Assembly: GCF_905200055.1 (NCBI RefSeq)
Contig: NZ_CAJKIS010000005.1
Location: forward strand, 12,192 to 76,191
Direction of reading: 5' to 3'
From: an uncultured Fusobacterium sp.
GTDB lineage: Bacteria > Fusobacteriota > Fusobacteriia > Fusobacteriales > Fusobacteriaceae
Length of the DNA: 64,000 nt
Part shown: piece after piece, positions 50,509-60,362 of the stretch
Numbering within the stretch: the first letter of the stretch is position 1
Layout of the letters: every line of letters starts with the position of its first letter
Made by a program: the position numbers and the translations under genes
Notes under the pieces: generated by a model
What the model was told of the DNA's origin: nothing
The model's input: only the letters and a program-made list of their open reading frames with translations
The model's database searches: none

Positions 50509-51024
50509 ATGGCTAAATTAACAAATGAACAACGAATTGAAATTTATGAAAGAAGATTAAAAGGAGAAACACTAAGCTCATTAGCTTTGGAATTTAATAT
50601 AAATATTAACAGGTTAAAATATTTAGTTAGACTTCTAAAAAAGCATGGATATAATATTCTTAGAACTGACAAAAATAGATACTATTCTAAAGAATTTAAA
50701 GAATTAATAATTAATAGAGTTTTAGTGAATAAAGAATCTATAGTATCAGTAGCGATTGATATTGGACTTAGTTCAGAAGGAATTTTAATAAATTGGATTA
50801 AAAAATATAAAGAAAACTGCTATAATGTCATAGAAAATAAAAAAGGGAGAATACCAAAAACTATGACTAAAATAAAAAAATCTAAAAAAACATTGACTAA
50901 AGAAGATAAAATTAAAGAATTAGAAAATAAAATTTTGTATTTAGAAGCTGAAAATGAATATTTAAAAAAGTTAAATGCTCTGGTTCAGGAAGAAGAATTA
51001 GCAAAGAGCAAAGAGTCAGAGTAA
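50509..51024 (+). CDS. IS3-family transposase OrfA (HTH + leucine zipper)
   Basis: 171 aa. Helix-turn-helix near the N-terminus and a heptad leucine repeat LENKILYLEAENEYLKKL. Confidence 0.85.
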   Translation: MAKLTNEQRIEIYERRLKGETLSSLALEFNININRLKYLVRLLKKHGYNILRTDKNRYYSKEFKELIINRVLVNKESIVSVAIDIGLSSEGILINWIKKYKENCYNVIENKKGRIPKTMTKIKKSKKTLTKEDKIKELENKILYLEAENEYLKKLNALVQEEELAKSKESE

Positions 51025-51878
51025 TAACTGAACTTAGAGCTAAATATCCTTTAAAAATATTACTTAAAATATCTGGTATAGCAAGAGCAACATACTATTT
51101 TTATACAAATAAACAAGATAAAGATTTAAAAAATCAAGATATTATCGAGAAAATCAAAGAAATATTTTACGCGAATAAAAAGAGATATGGATATCGCAGA
51201 ATTACATTAGAGCTTAAAAATCAAGGAATAAATATTAATCATAAAAAAGTATTAAGACTTATGAATAAATTGAATTTACAAAGTATTACACACAAAAGAA
51301 AGAGAAAATATTCTTCTTATCAAGGAACTATTGGTAAAATCGCTGACAATCATATTAAACGAAATTTTGAAGCAAATAGACCAAATGAAAAATGGTTTAC
51401 AGATGTAACAGAATTTAATTTAAGAGGAAGTAAACTGTATTTATCGCCAATATTAGACGCATATGGAAGATATATAGTTTCATATAATTTATCATTATCA
51501 CCAAATTTAAATCAAATAATAGATATGCTAGAAAGAGCATTTAGTGTTAATACTGATGTAAATAATTTAACGCTTCATAGTGATCAAGGTTGGCAATATC
51601 AACATAGTTTCTATAGTAAAAGATTAGAAGAAAAAAATATTATTCAAAGTATGTCAAGAAAAGGAAATAGTTTAGACAATGGATTAATGGAAGGTTTCTT
51701 TGGAATAATAAAAACAGAAATGTTTTATGGACAAGAAAAGAATTACAGAAATATAGAAGAACTAAAGCTAGCAATAGAAGAATATATAGATTATTACAAC
51801 AACAAAAGAATTAAAGTAAAATTAAAAGGATTAACCCCTGCATCATACAGGAATCAATCCTTGTTAATCAACAATTAA
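50965..51878 (+). CDS. IS3-family transposase OrfB (DDE/rve integrase core), expressed by programmed -1 frameshift as OrfAB
   Basis: The -1 frame is open from the A6G site at 50964-50970 (…KKVKCSGSGRRISKEQRVRVITELRAKYP…) through the rve domain (HSDQGWQY...DNGLMEGFFG). The ORF-track fragment 51261-51878 is only its C-terminal part. Confidence 0.75.
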
Positions 51879-51943
51879 AATATGTATCTAAGAAAATGGG
51901 TTCACTACATAACCTTCAACTATAGCAGTCTTTTGCTTTCTAT

Positions 51944-53467
51944 CTATTCTACAACATCTAAATTATATAGATTATGCATTGTTGTTGGGTCATATTTAAA
52001 ACCTTTAACTCTCTTATTAATTCCTATATTTTCATTTTTATAAATTAAAACAATTAAAGGTGATTCCTCTTGTAAAATCATTTGAGCTTTTTTGTAATGT
52101 TCTTTTCTTTCCTCAACATTAACACTTTCTCTTCCTAATTCAACTTCTTTATCAAACTCTTTATTAGTATAGAATGCTCTATTTCCTGCTCCACCATGAG
52201 AACTACTATGTAATAATGGATATAGTACAATGTCAGCATCAGAAGTTCCTGATACCCAACCACCTATATATGCTGTATGCTCTCCTTGGGCAGTTTTTTG
52301 AATATAAGCTCCCCACTCAAGAGTTTCTATTTTCATATCTATTCCTATATCTTTCAAGTTAGCTTGAATAATTTGAGCAAGTTGTAATCTTATAGCACTA
52401 TCATTACAATATAAAGTAAAATTAGGATTTTTTACCCCTGATTTAGCAATTAACTCCTTAGCTTTTTCAGGGTTATACTCATAACCTGGTACTTCTTTAG
52501 AAAATCCAAAAACATTGGGATTTACTATTGATGTTGCAGGTTGTGCCATTCCCATAAATACAGAATCTGCCATTCCTTGTTTATTTAAAGCATAGTTAAT
52601 AGCTATTCTATAATCTTTATTATCAAAAGGTGGTTTTGTTGTATTTAAAGTGATATACTCTGTTGATGTTGTCGGTTTAGATATCAACTCCAACTTCTCA
52701 TTTTTATTTACTATTTCAGAATCTATTGGAGATACACTTAAAGCAATATCTATCTCCCCTGTTTCAAGAGCTGCCAATCTACTACTTGCCTCAGTTATAG
52801 ATCTTATAATAAGTTTATCAATTTTTGGTCTACCTTCAAAATAGTCATCAAAAGCTACAAGTTCTATTTTCTCTCCATCTCCCCAACCAACAAATTTATA
52901 TGGTCCTGTTCCCATTGGTTCTATAGAGATCATATCATTTTTAGCTTTTGTATCTTTTTCATTTAAAATAGCTGTCAATGGATGAGCTAAACTAAATAAT
53001 AGAGGTGCTGAACTATTTTTTAATACTAATTTAATAGCTGAATCATCAATAACTTCTACTTTATCAATAACTTCTATCATTATTCTACTTGCTGGTTTTT
53101 CTAACATTCTATTAATACTAAATACAACGTCATTCACTGTCAAAGTATCTCCATTGTGGAATTTTACACCTTTTTTTATTTTTATTACTAATTCAGTAGG
53201 TGAAAGATACTCATAAGACTCAGCTAATTCAGGTACAATATTTCCATTGTCATCTATTTTAAATAGTGTATTAAAAATTTGCTCTGTTACAAAAAGAGCT
53301 GGAACTTCATTATACATATTAGGATCTAGAGTTTTTGGTTTTGATCCTTGTGATACTACTACAGTTTTTTCTTTAGTTAAATTTGCTTTCTCTTCTGTTT
53401 TTTCTGAAGAACAACCAACTAAAAGAAATGCTGTAGCTAAAGCTATAGCAATTTTTCTCATAATCAT
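51944..53467 (-). CDS. ABC transporter substrate-binding lipoprotein, family 5 (OppA/NikA-like)
   Basis: 507 aa. Lipobox LLVGCSS and SBP_bac_5 architecture. Confidence 0.8.
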   Translation of the reverse strand: MIMRKIAIALATAFLLVGCSSEKTEEKANLTKEKTVVVSQGSKPKTLDPNMYNEVPALFVTEQIFNTLFKIDDNGNIVPELAESYEYLSPTELVIKIKKGVKFHNGDTLTVNDVVFSINRMLEKPASRIMIEVIDKVEVIDDSAIKLVLKNSSAPLLFSLAHPLTAILNEKDTKAKNDMISIEPMGTGPYKFVGWGDGEKIELVAFDDYFEGRPKIDKLIIRSITEASSRLAALETGEIDIALSVSPIDSEIVNKNEKLELISKPTTSTEYITLNTTKPPFDNKDYRIAINYALNKQGMADSVFMGMAQPATSIVNPNVFGFSKEVPGYEYNPEKAKELIAKSGVKNPNFTLYCNDSAIRLQLAQIIQANLKDIGIDMKIETLEWGAYIQKTAQGEHTAYIGGWVSGTSDADIVLYPLLHSSSHGGAGNRAFYTNKEFDKEVELGRESVNVEERKEHYKKAQMILQEESPLIVLIYKNENIGINKRVKGFKYDPTTMHNLYNLDVVE

Positions 53468-53572
53468 TCCTCCAAATACATAAAAATATAGTATATTAAC
53501 ACTAATATACTACTACTTTCAATATAAAATGAAAAATATATTTAATATATAATGATTATTTGAAAAAATTTT

Positions 53573-54163
53573 TTATATTTCTTTTAAAATGTTTTCTTTA
53601 ACCTTTTTACATAGTTTAGAATATATTCTATCTACAAACCATTTTTCACTTGATTTTTTAGAAATCTCATCTACTTTTATCCACTCTACTCCACTATTTT
53701 CATCAGGTTTAATTTTTAAAGAAAGTTTTTCATCTGCCTCTAATAAAAAAGTAAAATTTAAATGAAGATGTGAAGATACATATTCTCCCCTTTTTTCATG
53801 TCCATCTACTGTTAAAATCTCCATAGAAAAAATATCTGTTGATAAAAATTTAACCTCTTTAATTCCACTTTCCTCTTCTACTTCCTTTAAAACAACCTCT
53901 TTTAAATTCTTATTTCCATCAGCATGTCCACCTAACCATGCCCAAGAATCATAAATATTATGATATGCCATTAATACTTTATCTCTTTTATTATTTACAA
54001 TCCAAGCTGAAACAGTAATATGAGCTATTTTATTTTCTCTTGTAAAAATTTCATCCCCATTTTGTAGCCATTGTAAAATAAGCTCTTTATCCCTTTTCTC
54101 CTGTTCATTAAAAGGTTCGTACTCTCTTAACTCCTTTTCTAAATTTTCCATCTTTCCCTCCAT
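53573..54163 (-). CDS. NUDIX hydrolase
   Basis: Nudix box GGHADGNKNLKEVVLKEVEEESGI. Confidence 0.8.
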   Translation of the reverse strand: MEGKMENLEKELREYEPFNEQEKRDKELILQWLQNGDEIFTRENKIAHITVSAWIVNNKRDKVLMAYHNIYDSWAWLGGHADGNKNLKEVVLKEVEEESGIKEVKFLSTDIFSMEILTVDGHEKRGEYVSSHLHLNFTFLLEADEKLSLKIKPDENSGVEWIKVDEISKKSSEKWFVDRIYSKLCKKVKENILKEI

Positions 54164-54226
54164 AAAAATCAGTTTTATATAAAAAAACTGCTGTAAACTT
54201 TTTAATTTACAACAGCAATTTTTTAA

Positions 54227-54466
54227 TTATAATCTTTTTAAAATTTTAGCAAGTTGATCAGGACAAGAAGTTCCTCTACCTCTACAATCAATTCCTTCAA
54301 GTTTTGCTATAGCATCCTCTTTTTTCATTCCAAGAAGAAGATTTTGAAGTCCGTGAGTATTTCCATCACATCCTCCAACAAACTCTATTTCAGTGATGTA
54401 ACCATCATAATCTACAGTAACTCCAATTTGTTTAGCACAAACTTTTTCTGTTGAATAATAATGCAT
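54227..54466 (-). CDS. Stand-alone TSCPD-domain protein
   Basis: 79 aa with TSCPDQL and a conserved Cys pattern (CAKQ...GGCDGNTHG...CRGRGTSCPD). Confidence 0.7.
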   Translation of the reverse strand: MHYYSTEKVCAKQIGVTVDYDGYITEIEFVGGCDGNTHGLQNLLLGMKKEDAIAKLEGIDCRGRGTSCPDQLAKILKRL

Positions 54467-54701
54467 TTTTCCTCCTCATAAAATTAGATCATAGCGAATA
54501 CTTTAAAAATATTCAAAGTTATTATACAAAATTTTTCATATTTTGTAAATATTTTATAATAAATATTATAAACTTTTTTATCTATTTTTTTATATTTTTA
54601 AGATGTTTTCAATCTTTTATTTTTCGTTCTTACTTTAACTTTTTATGATATTTTGATATAATATTGTATTATAAACTCTATATCCAAAAAGGAGGATAAT
54701 T

Positions 54702-55187
54702 ATGTTAAAAAAATTTATAATTATATTAGCTGCTTTTTCAATTATAGCTTGCTCTGGAAGAGAAGTAGATATATCTAAAAAGCAAGAAAGAGGAGGTATA
54801 GTTTACATTGTCAATGAAGAAAAACCTTTCTCTGGAGTAATTACAGGAAAATATGGAAATGGACAAATTAAGATAAAAGAAACTTTTAAAGATGGTAAAT
54901 ATAATGGAGAACAATATACTTACTATGATAATGGACAAGTTGAATCAAAAGCAGACTTTGAAAATGGTGTAGCTAAAGGAACTTACTTCCAATATCATAG
55001 AAATGGAGAAATTTCATACACTGGACAATTTATGAATGGTAAACGTCAAGGTGAATGGAATAGATATACTGATGATAAGAAACTTATTCTTACTGAATTT
55101 TATAACAATGGAACTCTTGAAGATGTAAAACAATATCTTGTGGATACTGATAAGGTTAAACAAAAAATATTAGATTTTTTTAATTAA
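54702..55187 (+). CDS. Lipoprotein with MORN-variant repeats (YwqK-like)
   Basis: Lipobox AAFSIIACS. Repeated YxNGQ/YHRNGE..G motifs. Confidence 0.65.
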   Translation: MLKKFIIILAAFSIIACSGREVDISKKQERGGIVYIVNEEKPFSGVITGKYGNGQIKIKETFKDGKYNGEQYTYYDNGQVESKADFENGVAKGTYFQYHRNGEISYTGQFMNGKRQGEWNRYTDDKKLILTEFYNNGTLEDVKQYLVDTDKVKQKILDFFN

Positions 55188-55287
55188 AATTTTAATTCTT
55201 TTATACTAAAAAATTAGTATTATCTTATAAAGCAAGAATTATTTTTCAACATTTTTTAAAAAATTAAAAAATTTTTTCAAATTTTAC

Positions 55288-55316
55288 TTGCATTTTTTAA
55301 TTTTTAGATGTATACT
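55288..55316 (+). promoter_or_regulatory. Near-consensus sigma70 promoter (TTGCAT-17-TATACT) driving a small-peptide transcript
   Basis: TTGCAT at 55288-55293, a 17-nt spacer, then TATACT at 55311-55316. Confidence 0.55.
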
Positions 55317-55371
55317 CACAGTAACAAAAAAAGGAATCATAAAATCAAGATTAAAAGAGGAGGGAGAGAAT

Positions 55372-55476
55372 ATGTTACTACTTAACATAATATCATTTGT
55401 CATATGTGTCATAATAATAAGAGTCATACAAAGCTTGACTAAAATCTCATATGCCTATGATTATGTTAGGGATTAA
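55372..55476 (+). CDS. Candidate 34-aa hydrophobic small protein (type-I-toxin-like / small membrane peptide)
   Basis: Strong RBS AGAGGAGGGAGAG 5 nt before the ATG. MLLLNIISFVICVIIIRVIQSLTKISYAYDYVRD has a single TM helix. Has its own promoter and terminator. Confidence 0.4.
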   Translation: MLLLNIISFVICVIIIRVIQSLTKISYAYDYVRD

Positions 55477-55570
55477 TTTTGCATATTCTTTAAACTATAT
55501 AAGGGGAATAATAAATATATATTATTGTTTTAAATAAATTTATTATTTTCTTGTATCCTTTGAGATAGAA

Positions 55571-55597
55571 GCAACCTAACAGGGTTGCTTTTTTTTA
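55571..55597 (+). terminator. Rho-independent terminator
   Basis: GCAACCTAACAGGGTTGC followed by TTTTTTTT. Confidence 0.7.
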
Positions 55598-55691
55598 TAC
55601 CTATAATTGTCCAAAATTTAGGTATTAAAATTCTTTATTTTAAGTATTCAATTTTAATTAATTTTATAAAATTTTAAAGGGGGAAATAATT

Positions 55692-56846
55692 ATGAAAAAA
55701 CTTACATTAATGCTTTTAGGAGTGACTTGTTTATTAACAGCTTGTGGGGGAAATGAAACTAAAGAAGCTGCTGCACCTAAGAAAGAGGAAGTTGTAAAAA
55801 TTGGAGCTACTGCACCACTTACTGGACCACTAGCAATCTATGGAGTTACAGCAACAAATGGTTCAAAACTAGCTATGGAAGAGATCAATAAAAATGGTGG
55901 AGTACTTGGTAAAAAAGTAGATTTCGTTGTGCTTGACTCAAAAGGAGATTCGACTGAAGCTGTAATGGCATACAATAGATTAGTTGATGAAGGAATGGTA
56001 GCATTTATTGGAGACGCTCCATCTAAACCAAGTCTTGCAATTGCAGAGGTAGCAGCTCAAGACAATATGCCTATGATTACACCAACAGGAACTCAATTTA
56101 ATATCACTGAAGCTGGTAAAAACGTATTCCGTGCTTGTTTCACAGACCCATATCAAGGAAGAATCTTAGCAAACTTTGCTAAAAATAATTTAAAAGTTAA
56201 AACTGCTGCTATTGTTGTTAATAACTCAAGTGACCACTCAAATGGAGTTACAGAAGCATTCTTGAAAGAAGCTCAAGCTCTTGGTATTGAAGTAGTAGCT
56301 AAAGAAGGATATTCTGATGGAGATAAAGATTTCAGAGCTCAACTTACAAAAATCTTACCTACTAATCCTGATGTATTAGTAATTCCTGATTACTATGAAC
56401 AAGTTGCTTTAATCACTGCTCAAGCTAGAGAAATTGGACTTAAATCTACATTCATCGGACCAGATGGTTGGGATGGAGTTTCAAAAACTCTTGACCCTAG
56501 TGCTTATGGAGTTATTGAAAATTCTTACTTCACTAACCACTACTCTTTAGATGATCAATCTGAAAAAGTTCAAAACTTCGTAAAAGCTTATAGAGAAACA
56601 TATAAAGAAGATCCATCTTCATTTGCTGCTCTATCTTATGATGCTGCATATATGATGAAAGCTGCTATCGAAAAAGCTGGAACTACTGAAAAACAAGCTG
56701 TTGTTGATGCTTTAAAAGGAATTGAATATGATGGTGTTACTGGACATCTAACATTTGATGAAAAAAATAACCCTATTAAAGCTGTTACTGTTTTAAAAAT
56801 CGTTAATGGAAAATATACTTTTGACTCAATTGTTGAAGCAAAATAA
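55692..56846 (+). CDS. livJ: Branched-chain amino acid ABC transporter substrate-binding protein
   Basis: 384 aa. Lipobox LLTACGG. Type I periplasmic binding fold. Confidence 0.85.
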   Translation: MKKLTLMLLGVTCLLTACGGNETKEAAAPKKEEVVKIGATAPLTGPLAIYGVTATNGSKLAMEEINKNGGVLGKKVDFVVLDSKGDSTEAVMAYNRLVDEGMVAFIGDAPSKPSLAIAEVAAQDNMPMITPTGTQFNITEAGKNVFRACFTDPYQGRILANFAKNNLKVKTAAIVVNNSSDHSNGVTEAFLKEAQALGIEVVAKEGYSDGDKDFRAQLTKILPTNPDVLVIPDYYEQVALITAQAREIGLKSTFIGPDGWDGVSKTLDPSAYGVIENSYFTNHYSLDDQSEKVQNFVKAYRETYKEDPSSFAALSYDAAYMMKAAIEKAGTTEKQAVVDALKGIEYDGVTGHLTFDEKNNPIKAVTVLKIVNGKYTFDSIVEAK

Positions 56847-56940
56847 TATTTTTAAAGGATGATAAAAACTCTAATCAGCACTAAACTTAGTGCTGATTGG
56901 AGAAATTATCTATATATTAAAAAGGAGAGGAAAGAAAAAA

Positions 56941-57825
56941 ATGGAATTTTTACTTCAGATTATAAATGGACTACAAATTGGAAGCATCTATGCCCTTATT
57001 TCTCTTGGGTACACCATGGTATATGGAATTGCACAACTTATTAACTTTGCACATGGGGATATTATCATGGTAGGTGCATATGTTTCATTATTTAGTATCC
57101 CAATGTTTACTAAAATAGGTTTACCCGTATGGCTTACAATGGTACCTGCTATTATTGTCTGCATCCTCTTAGGAATGCTTACTGAAAGAGTTGCTTACAG
57201 ACCTCTTAGAAATTCTCCAAGAATCTCTAACTTAATCACAGCCATAGGAGTAAGCTTATTATTAGAAAATAGCTTTATGAAAATTTTCACACCTAATACT
57301 AGACCATTTCCAAAAGTATTTACTCAACCACCTATTTTAATAGGAGATCTTCACTTAAACTTTGGAACTGTTGTAACTATTTTAGTTACATTAACACTAT
57401 CTGTTGCTCTTCAATATTTTATGAAAAAAACTAAATATGGAAAAGCAATGCTTGCAACAAGTGAAGATTATGGAGCTGCTAAATTAGTAGGAATTAATGT
57501 TGATCACACTATCCAATTAACATTTGCTATCGGTAGTGGACTTGCAGCAGTTGCAGCTGTTTTATATGTAGCTGCTTATCCTCAAGTTCAACCATTAATG
57601 GGATCTATGCCTGGTATCAAAGCATTTATTGCAGCAGTTTTAGGAGGTATCGGAATTCTTCCTGGAGCTGTTCTTGGAGGATTTATTCTTGGAATTGTAG
57701 AAAGCTTAACAAGAGCATACATCTCATCTCAATTAGCTGATGCAATTGTATTTTCAATATTAATTATCGTACTATTAGTTAAACCTACTGGAATTTTAGG
57801 TAAAAATATGAGAGAAAAGGTATAA
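56941..57825 (+). CDS. livH: Branched-chain amino acid ABC permease LivH
   Basis: Start trimmed to MEFLLQIINGLQIGSIYALISLGYTMVYG. LivH family. Confidence 0.85.
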   Translation: MEFLLQIINGLQIGSIYALISLGYTMVYGIAQLINFAHGDIIMVGAYVSLFSIPMFTKIGLPVWLTMVPAIIVCILLGMLTERVAYRPLRNSPRISNLITAIGVSLLLENSFMKIFTPNTRPFPKVFTQPPILIGDLHLNFGTVVTILVTLTLSVALQYFMKKTKYGKAMLATSEDYGAAKLVGINVDHTIQLTFAIGSGLAAVAAVLYVAAYPQVQPLMGSMPGIKAFIAAVLGGIGILPGAVLGGFILGIVESLTRAYISSQLADAIVFSILIIVLLVKPTGILGKNMREKV

Positions 57826-57837
57826 GGTGATTGGGAA

Positions 57838-58809
57838 ATGTCAAAAACAAAGATGCTTAGTTATATTGCAACATTTGTATTACTTACTGTTGTTTATATT
57901 ATTTTAATGAGTTTAATCAATACTGGTATTATTTCTAGATACCAAACAAATATATTAACATTAATCTGTATTAATATTATCCTTGCTGTTAGTTTAAATG
58001 TTACTGTTGGTTGTTTAGGGCAAATTACAATTGGACATGCTGGATTTATGTCAGTTGGTGCTTATGCTGCTGCTCTATTTACTAAAAGTGGACTTGTAGA
58101 GGGGTTACCTGGATATTTCTTAGCCCTAATTATTGGTGGAGCTGTTGCAGGAGTAGTTGGAATTATAATTGGAATTCCGGCTCTTAGATTAAACGGTGAC
58201 TATCTTGCAATTATTACTCTTGCTTTTGGAGAAATTATCAGAGTTTTAATTGAATACTTTGACTTTACTGGGGGAGCTCAAGGGTTACGTGGTATCCCTC
58301 GTTACAATAAAATCGAGATTATCTTTATTATCATGGTTGTATGTGTAATGATGATGTTCTCTCTTATGACAAGTAGACATGGAAGGGCTGTTCTATCAAT
58401 TAGAGATGACGAAATTGCCAGTGGTGCATCAGGAGTTAATACAACTTATTATAAAACATTTGCATTTACTGTATCAGCAGTTTTTGCAGGAATTGCAGGA
58501 GCTGTATATGCTCATCACTTAGGAATCTTAGGAGCTAAACAATTTGACTTTAACTATTCAATTAACATCTTAACAATGGTAGTTTTAGGAGGAATGGGAA
58601 GTTTCACAGGTTCTATTCTATCAGCTATCGTTTTAACAATTGTACCTGAAATGCTACGTGAATTTTCAGATTACCGTATGATTGTTTACTCTTTACTACT
58701 TATCTTAACTATGATCTTCCGTCCAACAGGACTTTTAGGACGTAAAGAGTTTCAAATTACAAAAGTTATTGAAAGATTTATGAAAAAAGGAGGAAATGTC
58801 AATGAATAA
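57838..58809 (+). CDS. livM: Branched-chain amino acid ABC permease LivM
   Basis: 323 aa LivM-type permease. Confidence 0.85.
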   Translation: MSKTKMLSYIATFVLLTVVYIILMSLINTGIISRYQTNILTLICINIILAVSLNVTVGCLGQITIGHAGFMSVGAYAAALFTKSGLVEGLPGYFLALIIGGAVAGVVGIIIGIPALRLNGDYLAIITLAFGEIIRVLIEYFDFTGGAQGLRGIPRYNKIEIIFIIMVVCVMMMFSLMTSRHGRAVLSIRDDEIASGASGVNTTYYKTFAFTVSAVFAGIAGAVYAHHLGILGAKQFDFNYSINILTMVVLGGMGSFTGSILSAIVLTIVPEMLREFSDYRMIVYSLLLILTMIFRPTGLLGRKEFQITKVIERFMKKGGNVNE

Positions 58810-59587
58810 CCTTGTATTAGATGCTAAAGATATTTCTATTACCTTTGGTGCATTAAAGGCTGTAACTGATTTTAACTTACAATTGAGAGAAAATGAGCTT
58901 GTAGGACTTATCGGTCCCAATGGTGCTGGTAAAACTACTGTTTTCAATATTTTAACTGGGGTATATTCTCCAACATCTGGGATATATACTTTTAATGGTG
59001 AAGTAATTAATAAGATGCCTACATATAAATTAGTAAAAAAAGGACTTGCTAGAACTTTCCAAAATATCAGACTTTTTAAATATATGAGTGTTTTAGATAA
59101 TGTTCTTGTAGCTAATAACTTTAATATGAAATATGGAATTTTAAGTGGTACATTCCGTTTCCATAACTATTGGAAAGAAGAAAAAGAAGTTAAAGCTAAA
59201 GCTTTAGAACTTTTAAAAATATTTGATTTAGATAAATATGCTGATATGCCTGCTGGAAATCTTCCTTACGGACAACAAAGAAAGCTTGAAATTGCTAGAG
59301 CTATGGCAACAAATCCAAAAGTTTTACTACTTGACGAGCCAGCAGCAGGAATGAACCCTACTGAAACTGAAGAATTAATGAAAACTATTAAACTTATTAG
59401 AGATAAATTTAATATTGCTATACTTTTAATTGAACATGATATGAAACTTGTTTTAGGTATTTGTGAAAGGCTTATTGTATTAGATCATGGAAATGTTATT
59501 GCATCAGGAGATCCACATGAAGTTGTTAATAATCCAACTGTTATTACAGCTTATCTAGGTGCTGATGATGAAGGAGATGAAGAGTAA
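58802..59587 (+). CDS. livG: Branched-chain amino acid ABC ATP-binding protein LivG
   Basis: Walker A GPNGAGKTT, signature and Walker B LLLDEPAAG. Confidence 0.85.
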   Translation: MNNLVLDAKDISITFGALKAVTDFNLQLRENELVGLIGPNGAGKTTVFNILTGVYSPTSGIYTFNGEVINKMPTYKLVKKGLARTFQNIRLFKYMSVLDNVLVANNFNMKYGILSGTFRFHNYWKEEKEVKAKALELLKIFDLDKYADMPAGNLPYGQQRKLEIARAMATNPKVLLLDEPAAGMNPTETEELMKTIKLIRDKFNIAILLIEHDMKLVLGICERLIVLDHGNVIASGDPHEVVNNPTVITAYLGADDEGDEE

Positions 59588-59589
59588 CA

Positions 59590-60312
59590 ATGGAAAATCA
59601 AAATATGTTAGAAATCAAAGATTTACACGTTTATTACGATAATATTCATGCTTTAAAAGGAATCTCATTAAATGTTAAACAAGGTGAGATTGTATCACTT
59701 ATTGGAGCTAACGGAGCTGGTAAAACTACTACTCTACAAACTATCTCTGGACTTATCAACTCTAGAGAGGGACAAATTTTCTTTGAAGGAAAGGATATTA
59801 CAAAGGAAAAATCACATAAGATTTGTGAAATTGGAATTGCTCAAGTTCCTGAGGGAAGAAGAGTTTTTGCTAAACTTCCTGTAAAAGATAACTTAAAATT
59901 AGGTGCTTTTACTGTAAAGGATACTCCTGAAAATCTTGAAAAAGATAGAGCTAATTTCTATAAAAATTTCCCAAGAATGTCTGAACGTAAAAATCAATTA
60001 GCTGGTACTCTTTCTGGTGGAGAACAACAGATGCTTGCTATGGGTAGAGCTATTATGAGCAGACCTAAACTTTTAATCCTTGATGAGCCATCAATGGGAC
60101 TTTCTCCTCTATTTGTAAAAGAGATCTTCTCAGTTATTAAAAAACTTAAAGAGATGGGAACTACTATTCTTTTAGTTGAGCAAAATGCTAAAATGGCTCT
60201 TGCTATTTCTGATAGAGCCTATGTAATTGAAACTGGAAAAATCACTCTTGAGGGAGATGCAAAAGAGTTAATGAACAATCCACAAATTAAAAAAGCTTAC
60301 TTAGGAGCTTAA
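59590..60312 (+). CDS. livF: Branched-chain amino acid ABC ATP-binding protein LivF
   Basis: Walker A GANGAGKTT, LSGGEQQ signature and Walker B LLILDEPS. Confidence 0.85.
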   Translation: MENQNMLEIKDLHVYYDNIHALKGISLNVKQGEIVSLIGANGAGKTTTLQTISGLINSREGQIFFEGKDITKEKSHKICEIGIAQVPEGRRVFAKLPVKDNLKLGAFTVKDTPENLEKDRANFYKNFPRMSERKNQLAGTLSGGEQQMLAMGRAIMSRPKLLILDEPSMGLSPLFVKEIFSVIKKLKEMGTTILLVEQNAKMALAISDRAYVIETGKITLEGDAKELMNNPQIKKAYLGA

Positions 60313-60362
60313 TTAAAAAAGGGAGTATTGAAAAATATTCCCTTTTTAGTTATCTATCTACT

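Larger units (their letters stand above)
50458..51909 (+). mobile_element. IS3-family insertion sequence (1452 bp) with imperfect terminal inverted repeats TGTA...TACA and likely 3-bp TAA target duplication
   Basis: IRL TGTACTGCACCCAAAATCTTAGACAACT at 50458. The reverse complement of the right end, TGTAGTGAACCCATTTTCTTAGATACAT, gives ~20/28 matches. orfA and orfB are joined by an A AAA AAG slippery site. Confidence 0.8.

Noticed and set aside
55288-55476. 62-aa ORF from the ORF track
   Set aside because: The 5' part overlaps the promoter -35/-10 elements. Only the internal 34-codon ORF has an RBS.
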